A DNA stretch of 64,000 bases from Paraspadella gotoi. Its lineage: Eukaryota > Animalia > Chaetognatha. Positions 52,701-64,000 of the stretch are shown here, piece after piece (positions within the stretch are counted from its first letter, which is position 1; each line of letters begins with the position of its first letter). The notes under the pieces are model-generated. The model was not told where the DNA came from. It was given only the letters and a program-made list of their open reading frames with translations, and did no database searches. Both the position numbers and the translations under genes were made by a program. The stretch lies in NCBI GenBank assembly GCA_051294375.1, contig CM119264.1, forward strand, positions 28,239,181 through 28,303,180, read 5' to 3'.

Positions 52701-53011
52701 ATTTCATCCAAATAGCTGTTAATAGGTAATATAATGTTACTAAATCCAAACAAAAACAATATCAAGCTTAATATTTTTTTCAAGTTACTCCCATAAATTC
52801 GTTTGTACTCCAATGGATATTTATTAAAATATTTAAGCAAATATATACAGGACACTCCTCCATGCACTCCTAGAACTATACTCATGGACACTCCAATAAA
52901 TCGTTCCACGTAAAACTTTTTGTTTAAGAAAATTATCATTGTCTGAAAATCTGTTAAAATGTCGAAAACATTGACAAGAGATGAAAATATCAGAATAACG
53001 GGGATCTTCAT
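49744..53011 (-). pseudogene. Disrupted XK-related-like multipass membrane protein gene, copy 1
   Basis: Exon 1 (53011-51223) has FDILTD in TM1, an out-of-frame SFPQTLL at ~52623, a TAA at 52576-52578 and an insertion at ~51366-52089. It ends at donor ATAA|GTAAGG, in phase with exon 2 (50654-49744, ~300 hydrophobic aa). Confidence 0.55.
51366..52089. mobile_element. Insertion interrupting the XK-like copy 1 coding region
   Basis: Absent from the paralog at ~63850. Flanked by ATCATAA; ends TAGGA...TCCTA (possibly hAT-like). Confidence 0.5.
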
Positions 53012-53545
53012 TTTGCCTCAGATATGAAGAATGTAGTGAGGGAAAAAAATAGCGAGCACCAGGGATGTAGTTGTCAGATAACCTTCATATAAACATCTTA
53101 TCATTATTGGGAAAAATAGATGGTAATTGTGTTTACAGGGTACTTAGCTAGCTTTCACTATCAATTGTTAATGAAAGAGAAAACATTTAAGTGTAGAAAA
53201 ATAAAACAAATTATAATTATATGTTTAATTTTTGAGCAATGTCCCGAAATTTATTAAAAATCTTTTCAAGAATCATTAGGATGAAGGAATCCTTGAAGGA
53301 TTGTAATAAAAAATCAAAGTTTTAGAATTAAAAAAAATAATTTGGCAAAATATAACTAGGCCTAAGTATTACACCCGATTGGACATTTAATGGTAATAAC
53401 ACTGTATCAATGCAATAACATAATTAAAAGCAAGAGTCGTGTTTCATTAAGTGAGAAAAGAAGCGTTGAATTAAGAAGAAAGCAAAAGAAGAAGATGCAT
53501 CAACCTAATATAGTGTTAGAGATTGCATGTTTTCTTACGGACTTG

Positions 53546-53830
53546 TCAAGTATCTGCCTTAATGCTCAATCGTGAATGAGCAATGGAATGAGCTGTTGAA
53601 GACCTTTCAGGTCTCCTTAATCTGTGCATCAAAGCAAGATGCGGTTGTGAGCATGTTGCACATGTTGTCTCACAATTTTTTGGTATATGTTTAGGGCTTG
53701 TAGGCTTGAAGCACTTAAAGCATAACCTTTTCATAACTGCAGGATCGCGTTTTCCATGGTAGCTCAATTTTTTAAATATGTAACAGTCTTCAATTGGCAA
53801 TGACCTTAGATTGACCGGACACAGTAATAG
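53546..53830 (-). mobile_element. BEL/Pao LTR retrotransposon Gag fragment
   Basis: EDCYIFKKL..KRLCFKCFKPTSPKHIPKNCETTCATCSQPHLALMH matches the tandem Zn-knuckle pattern of BEL/Pao Gag. Confidence 0.8.
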
Positions 53831-54360
53831 GGCCGAGGAGACCGTAATGTCAAGTTGGTCCGGGCGATGATAAAAGTGGATCAGGAGAGAGCTCGTCTCA
53901 CTCTTTTTCTACTTCTCTTACATCGTCACAATTCTTCACCTTCTCCTCACTTTTATTATTACTATTTTCGTCTTCTACAGACTGTTCCATCTTTTTTTGA
54001 TAAAAAACGAAAGAGTGAAAAAGATAAATTTTATACTTTTGAAATAATTAACATAATTCATAATTCTAATGATTCATAATATTTCTCAAATGATATTACT
54101 TTCTCCCATTTCCCGACGAATCTTTACAGACTCGACTTCCCTCTCGGCGTCCCAGATTGTGAAATTCAATCTCATATAAGATCATATTAAATAATCATCC
54201 CTTACACTCTCTCTTTTTCTGATTATTTCTTTGTTTTCTTTTTTCTTTTTTTTTTCTCTTTCTTTCTTTTACCAAGTTGTTTCCGTTTTCCTCCATCACT
54301 CACCTTAACTTTCCTCTGTCTTTCTTTTCCGCCCATGAAAGTAATTTCTCTTAATCGCTT

Positions 54361-54790
54361 CTTATTCACTGTGTTCCGCTTCTCATTTATGGTTGTGAAG
54401 TAAAAACTTTTTCCGTACGTAATATGAACAGACTTAATGTAGCTGTAAATGATGGTGTCCGAAAGATTTTAGAATATAATCGATGGGAAAGTGTGAGAGA
54501 ACTAGTATGCTTGGATACCCCGACCTATCTACAATTTTTAATAATCATATGAAAACCTTTATATCAAAAATCTATACAATGAAAAATACTGTTCTTCGGA
54601 AACTTATTCCGTTTTTTACAACATAAGAACAATTTTTAATTGTTTAAATTTTAATTAATTAATTTAATTAATTAACTGTTTTTTTCTCTCTATTTTATAA
54701 TGTTTTTCGTTACTCAGACTTAGTCTGTTTGTTTGTTTGTTGATGATGATTGTACTGAATCAACCTTGTTGTATTCGAATAAAATCGCAT
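54361..54790 (+). mobile_element. 3' fragment of a non-LTR retrotransposon (CR1/L2-group-like)
   Basis: HCVPLLIYGCEV..LNVAVNDGVRKILEYNRWESVREL is typical of the post-RT region of ORF2; followed by an AT-rich 3'UTR with AATAAA. Confidence 0.75.
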
Positions 54791-55497
54791 ATATTTAAAG
54801 GTTTTTTAATCAAACATGGCCTGTGATCGCCTTTTTTCTCCAAAAATATACAAATAAAATTGTGATTTGTCTATTTTTTGCTAATATTTTATTCGAATTC
54901 TCACTTAACAAGTTTGAGAAAACAATGTCGGATCTGCCCACGATCATTATCGGTAATTAATTAATTAATTAATTAAATAATAATTAATTCAAGTTAATTA
55001 ATTATTTAATTAATTAATAATTAATTTATTCAAGTTAATTATTTAATTGATTAAGTAATTAATTAATGTGATCCGAAATGTTTGTTTTGATTGATTAATT
55101 GACTGATTAATTAATTATTGATTAATTAATTGACTAATTGATTAATTAACTGATTAATTATTTGATTAATTAATACATCTTGTATTTACATTTAAAATAA
55201 AAAGAAAAAGAAGCATAATCAATTAGTGAAACAGGTTCTCTGTTTTTTCCATTTAAACTCATTTCCACTCAAACGAAAAATACAAAATTTCAAGTCAATC
55301 GCCCTATCCACTCATGAGTAATTGTGTTCAAATAGTGAAATATTATTTTTTTGTTTTTTTCATTTAAACTCATTTCTACTCGGACGATTCCATCGATGTT
55401 CTGACATGATATATGTGAATGCCGACAAGATTGAGGGGGCGGACCGACGGACCGACTAAAAAACTGTCAGTACCGAAATCGATTTTTTAGTAATTTA

Positions 55498-55569
<72 letters not shown>

Positions 55570-55581
<12 letters not shown>

Positions 55582-56152
55582 AGGAGGAGATAAAGATAGA
55601 TAGTAAGTGTGTTCAAACTTAAAAAATGTTTAAAATTAATTTAGACCAACGAAGGAGGAAAGTGCAAGAGAGGCAAGCCACCATCCATTCTCTGCGTTGA
55701 GACGAATAAAGTTTAATGAAATATAATTCAAAATATAACAGACGAAATTGAAAGAGAAAGAATGCAGGAAAAGGAAAGGTGACGAAATCTATATATATAA
55801 ACTATATATATATATTATATAATATATAAACTAGATTATTCACAAGTGGTTTGCATTGTAACTTGTGACTGCCTCTTCTAGTCTTTTCAAATATCTAGAG
55901 TTATCATGGTTTTTAACCAAGTATGATGTATAGTGTTTTTCGAAGTCCTGATGTTGAGCCTCAGACGCAGCCTCATTAAAAAGTCTGCATTTCAAACTAT
56001 ATTTTTTCTTTCTCTTTCAATTTCGTCAGTTATATTTTGAACTATATTTCATTTAACTTTATTCGTCTAAATTTAGTTTCAAATATTTTTTTAAGTTTGA
56101 ACACACATAAAGGCTTTCTATCTATCTTTATCTCCCTCCTCCCCCCCTCTCT
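55570..56152. mobile_element. Foldback element
   Basis: ~55570-55762 is an inverted repeat of ~56005-56152. Confidence 0.7.
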
Positions 56153-56516
56153 CTGGACTCCAATCGTGAATAGATAATCTAATAATCTAATCCTATTCTT
56201 TTATCCTTAACCATAAATCTAATAATCTAATCCTATTCTTTTATCCTTAACCATAAATCTAATAATCTAATCCTATTCTTTTATCCTTAACCTCATCCAC
56301 CCCATAAATCTAAAACCAAATAAATAATCTAATACCCAAAGTGATCCCTAACTTAATCTCTAACTTTTAACCAAAAAAAATTATTTAATTTTAAATTAAG
56401 CTAAAATAGGGCGCTTTTAGAAAATCTGGTCATGAGGGCATTTGTGTCATTCGCGTTTTGACACCGGGTAAGAGTGAGAGAAAGGGACGCAGAGTATGGG
56501 AATGGGAAAGAACCGC

Positions 56517-59463
56517 TAGAGTTCCCCAGCCTGAAAAAAAACCCATACGAAGTTCTCACTCGGTCCGGTTTCCCATTATTTCTTGTCTTAAATTCATTTT
56601 AAAAGCCTGTTTGACCAAAAAATGTTTTTGCTAATAAACCCAATAGTGTCAAAGTGAACTAGTACTGATGCAAAAAATATTTGGCGAAAAATGATAATAA
56701 TTTTTAAAGAAAGAGTTTTAATATGCTAAAACTTAAGGATTTTTCACCATTATTAGTTAAAAAACACCAGTAGCTAGTTTTGTTTTATTAATTTGACAAA
56801 AATATCTTATTATATTGGGGCGTGGCCTTAACCGGAAGTAAGGTTTTCAGCATATAAATGTTTTTATGGTTCTAATTTTTATAAAATTGATTTTAAATGC
56901 AACAAAGAGTAACTAATCTATTTCTCTGAGTTATATTTTGATTATACTTTATTATTCTGATAATCTAACAAATTAATAATTATCTTTGGTTTTAGAGCAA
57001 TGGGCAATGAGAATTGGGCAAGCTTTGTCCTTTATTCTTTCAATCCATTCAAAATTCAAAAAAATATTTTTTACCTCAGGTAAAAATAAATTACTTGTAT
57101 AGGCAATAGACCTCCCCATCGTCAAATAGTCATCTATAAGGTTTCCACTTGGAGTGGTTTCCCGTTATTTATTTACATTAGAGGGGTTTTAACTCAAATT
57201 TGGACAAAAAATGTTACCGTCAATGTCAAATATTATGCCTCGCCTCAGTAATTTCTCTCTCGGCCGAAGTCTTATTTTGACCGTACCTTAGTTGTCCTTA
57301 CGCGTTCGGCCAAATGATTTACTGGTTAGTATTTCGTCGGTATTTGTCATTCTTTTGTCGTAATTTGAAGAGACTATAGGAATATTTAGTTCCATTTTTC
57401 CATAGTTCCAACTTGAGTTTTACAGGATTTTTATGGACATTTTATGTAAAATACAAGTTAATAAACTTTCATCTCTACTTTTCATTCATCATTTTACTCG
57501 ATATTCAGCGGAAAAGATTCATGAAAACCTACGTCAGACTTTCGAGGGACGGACGACGCTGGAACGTTAGATATCACGAGCGTGAAATACCAAGTCAATT
57601 CACAGTCAAAGTCAAGTAACGCAAACCTTGCTTTATAAATTTTATTTATTCTAAAAATCTTAAAATTTTTATCTTTAGTTTATTTTTTTTAAAGGTAAAT
57701 ACCAATTATGCCACAAAACTGAGATGTTTATTTACTGAATATATCTTTTGAAACAGCTCATCCGTACTGTAGGGTAAACATAACCGAAAGTAAAAAGATA
57801 TAATTTTTGGGAAAATGCAATTAAAAAAAGTAAATTACAACTTATCACAATGCATTAAAACTATTTATTATATTATGAAACTTGTACAACCAATATAAAA
57901 ATTATCCATTCATTTAATAAATAAGCTTTCTTGCCCCTGACTTTGGACATATCATATACATTGGGTTGGATCGATTTAACATTAGACAATTTTACGCAAA
58001 ATTTAAAAAAAATTTAAAACAATGTTATAAAACAATTGAGAACAATATATTTATGCATATAAATCAAGGTTAGGTTTATTATAGCCTTTATTTTTTCTTC
58101 AATTACTACTTTGTAGACTTTTGAAATATTTTTCAGTGAAGCTCAACACTTTAAATCATTAGTAAACGAGGACAGATTGTCCTCTAACCTTGAGCTTTAT
58201 AGATGCTCCCTCTATTACCAATAATAAATAGAAAAAAACACGGCACAGAAACTCCTGATCTCAAATTATAGTGCAAGAAAGAAGGTCGCCAGTGCCAAGG
58301 CTCGACGCTCGACGTCAACGTCTCACAACAGACCTTAAGTCTAGATGATAGCGTCCTAAGATAATTAGCGAGGTGTTAATTAAAAGTCTGGGAAAAATAA
58401 ACTAATGTCATTGTATTAAAACTCATATTTAAAATATAATTTAATATTATTCTAACTTTGTATTTGAAAACAGCAATATATAAGTGTTTAACTTGTTAAA
58501 CTGCCAATTCTCACAAAATAATTAATTTAAAAATGTGCTACATTGCTTAAATGTATTTCACTATATTTATTTGTCTTTCACACACCCCTCTCTCTCTGAG
58601 CCTAACTTGTCCCCAATCTTAACTGTCTCTCTTTTACTGTCCTTTTCTCAATTCTTTGTTGAAACCTTTCTCTCTCCTCTCTCTCTCTCTCTCTCTTTTC
58701 ACAACATATTATTTTGCGCTGATGAAGGCGGAGCATACTAAACATGTACATTTTTCTCCTTGAAAATAAAAACAAATTCGTTGTCTGATAGCAAAATAAA
58801 TAATTTTACTTAATTCAAAAAATGTGCATAAAACCACCACAAATGAATGTTACGAACTTAACGGATTGAAAGGCCATGATGATCCCATTTAATCTACAAA
58901 ACCCTCACCAATATCATTAACTCACCGGAAATTAGCTTGGAAATTAATAGTTGTTAAGACATAGGCAGGATGACTAATCGGATTGTCTATTATGGAGAAT
59001 TCATTAGATTTTGGGAACACATTTTTGTAATACTCTTCTTACAGTTCAATATCATCCCAATACATGCCATCTTATTCCTAAAAAGCACTAGACATTTTGT
59101 TATTGTTGTATTTAAAATTAATTTCGTCAAAATTTTAACACAATTTGACATAAAACCTCACTTCCGGTTAAGGCCACGCCCCATAATCATGAGATATTCT
59201 ATTAATATGACGAGTTTAGGAAAATCAGCCAGCTATGTTCTCTAGCAGTTGATAGTGTAAAAAATTTATATTAAAGAATGAAAGAACACTTGATTTGATG
59301 AAATTCGTTCATTTTTAAACAATTTTTTTGCATCACTACTCATTGACTTTGACGCTCAATTTTTTTTTGCTTTTACAGGGTTTCAAAATGAGTTGAAGTC
59401 AACAAATAATGGGAAACCGGACCGAGAACTTTGTATGGAGTTTGATGAGGCTGGGGAAGTCTA
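56517..59463. mobile_element. Non-autonomous hAT transposon, 2.95 kb
   Basis: TIRs TAGAGTTCCCCAGCC / GGCTGGGGAAGTCTA; 8-bp TSD AGAACCGC (56509-56516, 59464-59471). Long subterminal IRs; empty paralogous site at ~49205-49225. Confidence 0.9.
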
Positions 59464-60005
59464 AGAACCGCGTGTAGAGAAAGTTGATAGAGACTGAAAT
59501 AATAAAGAGAGTTTAAAACAATAAAATGAAGAGGAAATAGATTACTTGTTGCTTTTCATTTACTAAATTGAAGAAAAATTGCAGAAAATTGCAGAAAAAT
59601 AATTTTAAAGGCTGTAGAGTATAACTTATATATTGTACGTGTAGTTGATACAATTCAATGATCAAGAGAAATATGAGTTTTAAAACAATATTTCAAATTT
59701 AATAAGAGATAAAAGCACTTAACATTGGTAAAATTAACCACAACATATTGACGAGACGAAAACTTTTTGTACCTTTCTGATTTACACATTCAATAAAGAT
59801 TTTGATATATTTATTGAACACTGTGGCGTTATGAGATCATCTCCAAAGCTGTAATAAAGAACTTTCTAATTAAAAAATTTCGCACATAAAAACGTTGGAG
59901 ATTCCTCTGGATTCTTTGCTTCCAAATAATCATAATGTCATAATAGTTTAATTGAATTTCCTCATTTATTCTCATTTGCAGCAAAAGCGATGAATTTAGT
60001 TTTGT

Positions 60006-63000
60006 TCATTTAGGTAAATTTATTAAAAAATGCAGGGATCAGAAAAATCAGAGGTATAAGTATAAATAAGCTAAAAACTTTTACAAAAATTTGCAAATTT
60101 TTCCCTTTTAATTTTTTACCTTTCACTAATAATAAAAAAATTATAGGCAAAGCTGAACAAGCAATGACTAACAAAAAAGTCTCACTACTTGTGACAAATA
60201 TGAAGATATGTTGGCAGAGAGTTCGCATATAATAGTGGCGATTTTTGTCGTTAAACGTTTGTTCANNNNNNNNNNNNNNNNNNNNNNNNNNNNNNNNNNN
60301 NNNNNNNNNNNNNNNNNNNNNNNNNNNNNNNNNNNNNNNNNNNNNNNNNNNNNNNNNNNNNNNNNNNNNNNNNNNNNNNNNNNNNNNNNNNNNNNNNNNN
60401 NNNNNNNNNNNNNNNNNNNNNNNNNNNNNNNNNNNNNNNNNNNNNNNNNNNNNNNNNNNNNNNNNNNNNNNNNNNNNNNNNNNNNNNNNNNNNNNNNNNN
60501 NNNNNNNNNNNNNNNNNNNNNNNNNNNNNNNNNNNNNNNNNNNNNNNNNNTTTCACTAGAAAAAGTTTTTCTAAATAGAAATATAAAATAGAAACACAAA
60601 CAAAAGAGCCAATAGTTTGAAAGGTATCCACAGCTTTCATAAAGCTTAAGCTTTGACTCCAGGACCCCATGAATAGTTTCATTTACCCGAATACAGCGCA
60701 TGCATCTCTTAACAGGCAAAGAAAGTTGACTATGTGCTCTCAATTGATAGAAACTATTAAGAGTTATGAATAAAGGGGTGAAAACCATCAAAATGAAGCG
60801 AAATAATTTGGTATACTTTTTTCTTATCAGTAAATGAGTCATTGTATAAACAAAGCCCGAAATTATATCAATTACTAAAGCAGGAATGAATAGAGAATAG
60901 GTAGGCGTTAAAAATTTGTAATTTCCTATTTTAATTCTAGTTTTAAAAATCTTAGCCTTTGGATCATCATTACAATATGAGAGGGGTCTAGCAGAGTTTT
61001 TGAATATCATATTAGCCCATCTTGCATCATCAATTATTCCCAATGACCGAGTGCAATATCGTGAAAAGTTTTCATGTCTTCGACTCCAGACTGTAAACAA
61101 AAAGGCAACCGGCTTAGTAACGTGTTATTATTATTCATCATTATTTTTTTGTATACCTAAAACCAATAAGATTTTTACTGCATTAACCTGACCTCAATGC
61201 GGCATTCATCACTCAATTCTATGAAATAAATTGTAAACATATTTTCATAATTTGCAAAGTCCTCTCGAGAATTGGTGAGCAGTAGCAAAGTTAAAAAAAA
61301 TTTAAAGAAAGTACAGGGAAGTCCAGCTCTTTTAGGACTAAATTTAAAAAATTCTTTTGGATGGGTATTGGGTAACTAATCAAATTATGATTTGAAAATT
61401 GGTAAGCATGTAAAGATTACAACACAATCTATTAAAAAATGCATCTTAGGCAACCATGACCTTCTCAAAGTGTTTAGAGAAGGCGGCATATGCTTTTGCG
61501 ACCGCGCCCATTGGGAGTGCTGTCAGTTTTATCACTGTTTTTGTTGTCAGAAAGTTGACAGTTCTCGAGAGGATGCGTGGGACATTCTGCTTCTCCATCC
61601 AATATTTTTATTAATTAAGGGGATTTGCAGTCAGAAAAACTGCGCGGTGAAAAGTCTCTCTCCATCACTTTGATTTTCGCTAAAATTTCTCAAAATTTTG
61701 TAAGGAACTGGCGCTAAAAAATATGACATGCTATGCAAAAAGCAATAATTACAAGAGTTGCCGCGACTTTTTTCACACAATTTCGATATCGATAGATAGA
61801 GAAATTAGCCTAGCTTCTAAATATAATCCTTTTTTTGCCGGTTCTGCTTATCAGCAGATTCCGGCTCTATAATTCACTTTGTTAGTCTGTCGGTCGCCCC
61901 GCTCATCTTGTCGGTAAATCACATATATCATCTCAGAACATCGAATTATGATAAATGATGCTGTAATAATTCTTTCTTTTATCGTTGTTAGTTTATTAGT
62001 AGAGAAGAGCAAAGTTTTAGAATTTTTCAAAAAAAAAAAATTCTAAAACTTTGCTTTTCTCTACTGATAAATTATGCCAAAAAAATATGATGACCGTATG
62101 TCTGTCCGTCCGTCCATCCGTCCCCCATTAGCTTTGAGCGCACATTACCCATGAATGTATGGGGCGATTGTCTTAAAATTTTGTGTGTGTGTAGAGAAGT
62201 GTGTTATTAAGCAGGAAATCAAGTTTCGATGGAATCATCCGAGTGAAAATGAGTTTAAATGGAAAAAAAGTAATAAAAGGAGATAGAAACGACGCGGGTC
62301 TATTACCCCTCTCCTTCTCATTCACCTCCTTTTCATCCTCCTCCTAGTGATTCGGGGCCGCGTTGACGAGGTTCAGTTCACCTTCTCTCTCTTCTCCTTC
62401 TAGTTTCTCCCCTTTTTTTACCCTCATGATTTTGTCGCCGTATAGATTTTCCTGCCGTCAATATATTATTTCCCGCATTCTCGTGACTTTACTTCTGGTG
62501 AGGATACCTTTTCAGAGTGGCGCCCAATTGCGTTGCTCGAACAGTTATCAACGAATAACCCCCGTGGATTTTTCTCCACGACTGGATTTAGAAAACCGGA
62601 GAAAACAAAAAAACCAAAAAAAGAAAATGAAGAAGAAAAAAATAAAAAAAACCTGTTTAAATTTTTGATTATGCTTTTTTCTATCAAATGTAAATGCAAG
62701 CTGCATTAATTATTCTAATAATAAATAAATTAATCAATCAATCAATTAATTATTTAATTATCTTATTATTGAATAATCAATCAATTAATTAATTAATTAA
62801 TAATTTAATCAAATAATTAATTAGTCATTTAATCATTCAATTAATTATCGTCGGTGTTATGGTCTTCATCGTCGTCGTTGCCATCATAGTTGTCGTTGTT
62901 TTTGACGTGGTTAGTGACCTGACGAAAATACCTAAAATCAAACAAGTTTGTACAAAAAATTATTTTTTAAAATAATTAATTAACATTTTAACTAATTAAT

Positions 63001-64000
63001 TAATTAACGCTATTGATCGTAGGCAGATCCGGCATTGTTTTCTCAAACTTGTTTTTGTTATCGTTAACCATTTCTGTGCTGTAAGCACTTGAAGTTAGTC
63101 CCACAAGAGCTGGACCTCCCTGTAAAAACAGTACATAAAGTCATAATTCATCTAAAGTTATTTTATATTATTTCAAGCTGGCCCTTTGGGCCCTATTTTC
63201 CTAAAACGCCCCATTTTGTCTTAAATTTGATATTTAGTTTTTAGGTTTAAAAATTAAACTAAAAATTAAGGTTGAGGATTAGGTTAGGAATTAGGTTAGG
63301 AATTAAGGTTAGGAATTAAAGTTAGGGATTAGAGTTAAGGACCAGGGATTTGTAAACAAAATTAAACTTTGTTTTCTCTCTCAGGTTTTGGATTATAGAT
63401 AAAAATTAGGGTTAAGTCTTAAGAATAAAATTAAGTTTTTGGATTAGGAAATAGAAATGGGGCACTTTCAGAAAAGAGGGCCAAACTTTGAAAATGCTTT
63501 GTATATTGCTTCAATCTTTGACTTTTGAGACATTTAATGAAACTTTTCCTTTTTCTTTAAATATTTTAATTTCACTAAAATTAAATCAGCTAAAATCAGC
63601 TAAAAGACCAAACAAACTTCAAATTTATAAATTACTAGAACATTAGTTAACATCAATGGCTTCAGAAAAATACAGTAAAAGATCAAGAAAAGACAAAATT
63701 TCCTTACTTATTAATTTGGGCCTATTATCCACATTCGCAAGAGATGCCAAAACCATACTTTTGTTCTTCGGGGTTCAAAGTGACCGCTGAGTGCTCTATG
63801 CTTATCAATGTTAAATAAAATTGATGTTATTAAAAAATTCCATGAAATCATAAACATTATTCTGTAGAGGAGTTCGTGGTTTTTAACTGAAGCACAAAGA
63901 GAAATTTCCGTCAGAATAATGTCTTTTATTTCAGATATAGTGAAAATTCGGAAAATGGACAGTAGGCGTGAACAATATAAAGTAGATGTTATATTTACTA
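60006..64000 (-). pseudogene. XK-related-like membrane gene, copy 2 (partial, gapped)
   Basis: Exon 2 (61090-~60006) is highly similar to 50654-49744, with an N gap at 60266-60550 and 3' frameshifts. The 3' end of exon 1 (63708-64000) runs off the window. It could be intact with sequencing errors. Confidence 0.5.
61314..63122. mobile_element. Tc1/mariner-like non-autonomous element in the intron of copy 2
   Basis: TA|CAGGGAAGTCCAGCTCTTTTAGGACTAA ... TTAGTCCCACAAGAGCTGGACCTCCCTG|TA. Absent from the copy 1 intron; the interior has an inverted homolog at ~54900-55490. Confidence 0.8.

Overview
This is intron-rich genomic DNA from an invertebrate animal (draft assembly with N gaps and error-rich long-read-like segments); the species cannot be determined. 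It holds four conserved spliced genes. (1) The 3' part of an ABTB2/BTBD11-type ankyrin-BTB gene (+), with intronic tRNA-Leu genes; its middle appears in three noisy copies, probably an assembly/haplotype artefact. (2) An ABHD12/13/17-like serine hydrolase (+). (3) SHOC2/Sur-8 (-), head-to-head with (4) WAC (+). The right third has two paralogous, disrupted XK-like multipass membrane genes. The window also has many TE relics: hAT, Tc1/mariner-like, BEL/Pao gag, LINE 3' end, tRNA-derived SINEs, telomere-like MITEs and Penelope-type foldbacks with minimal hammerhead motifs. The most striking unannotated feature is in the last intron of SHOC2. It is an antisense nested gene with an MRE, TATA, Inr, an 84-nt 5'UTR intron and AATAAA, encoding a 46-aa Cys/His/Asp-rich metallothionein-like peptide. 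Next to it is a 49-nt cassette exon that would switch the terminal SHOC2 exon into a second open frame. All coordinates were read by eye.
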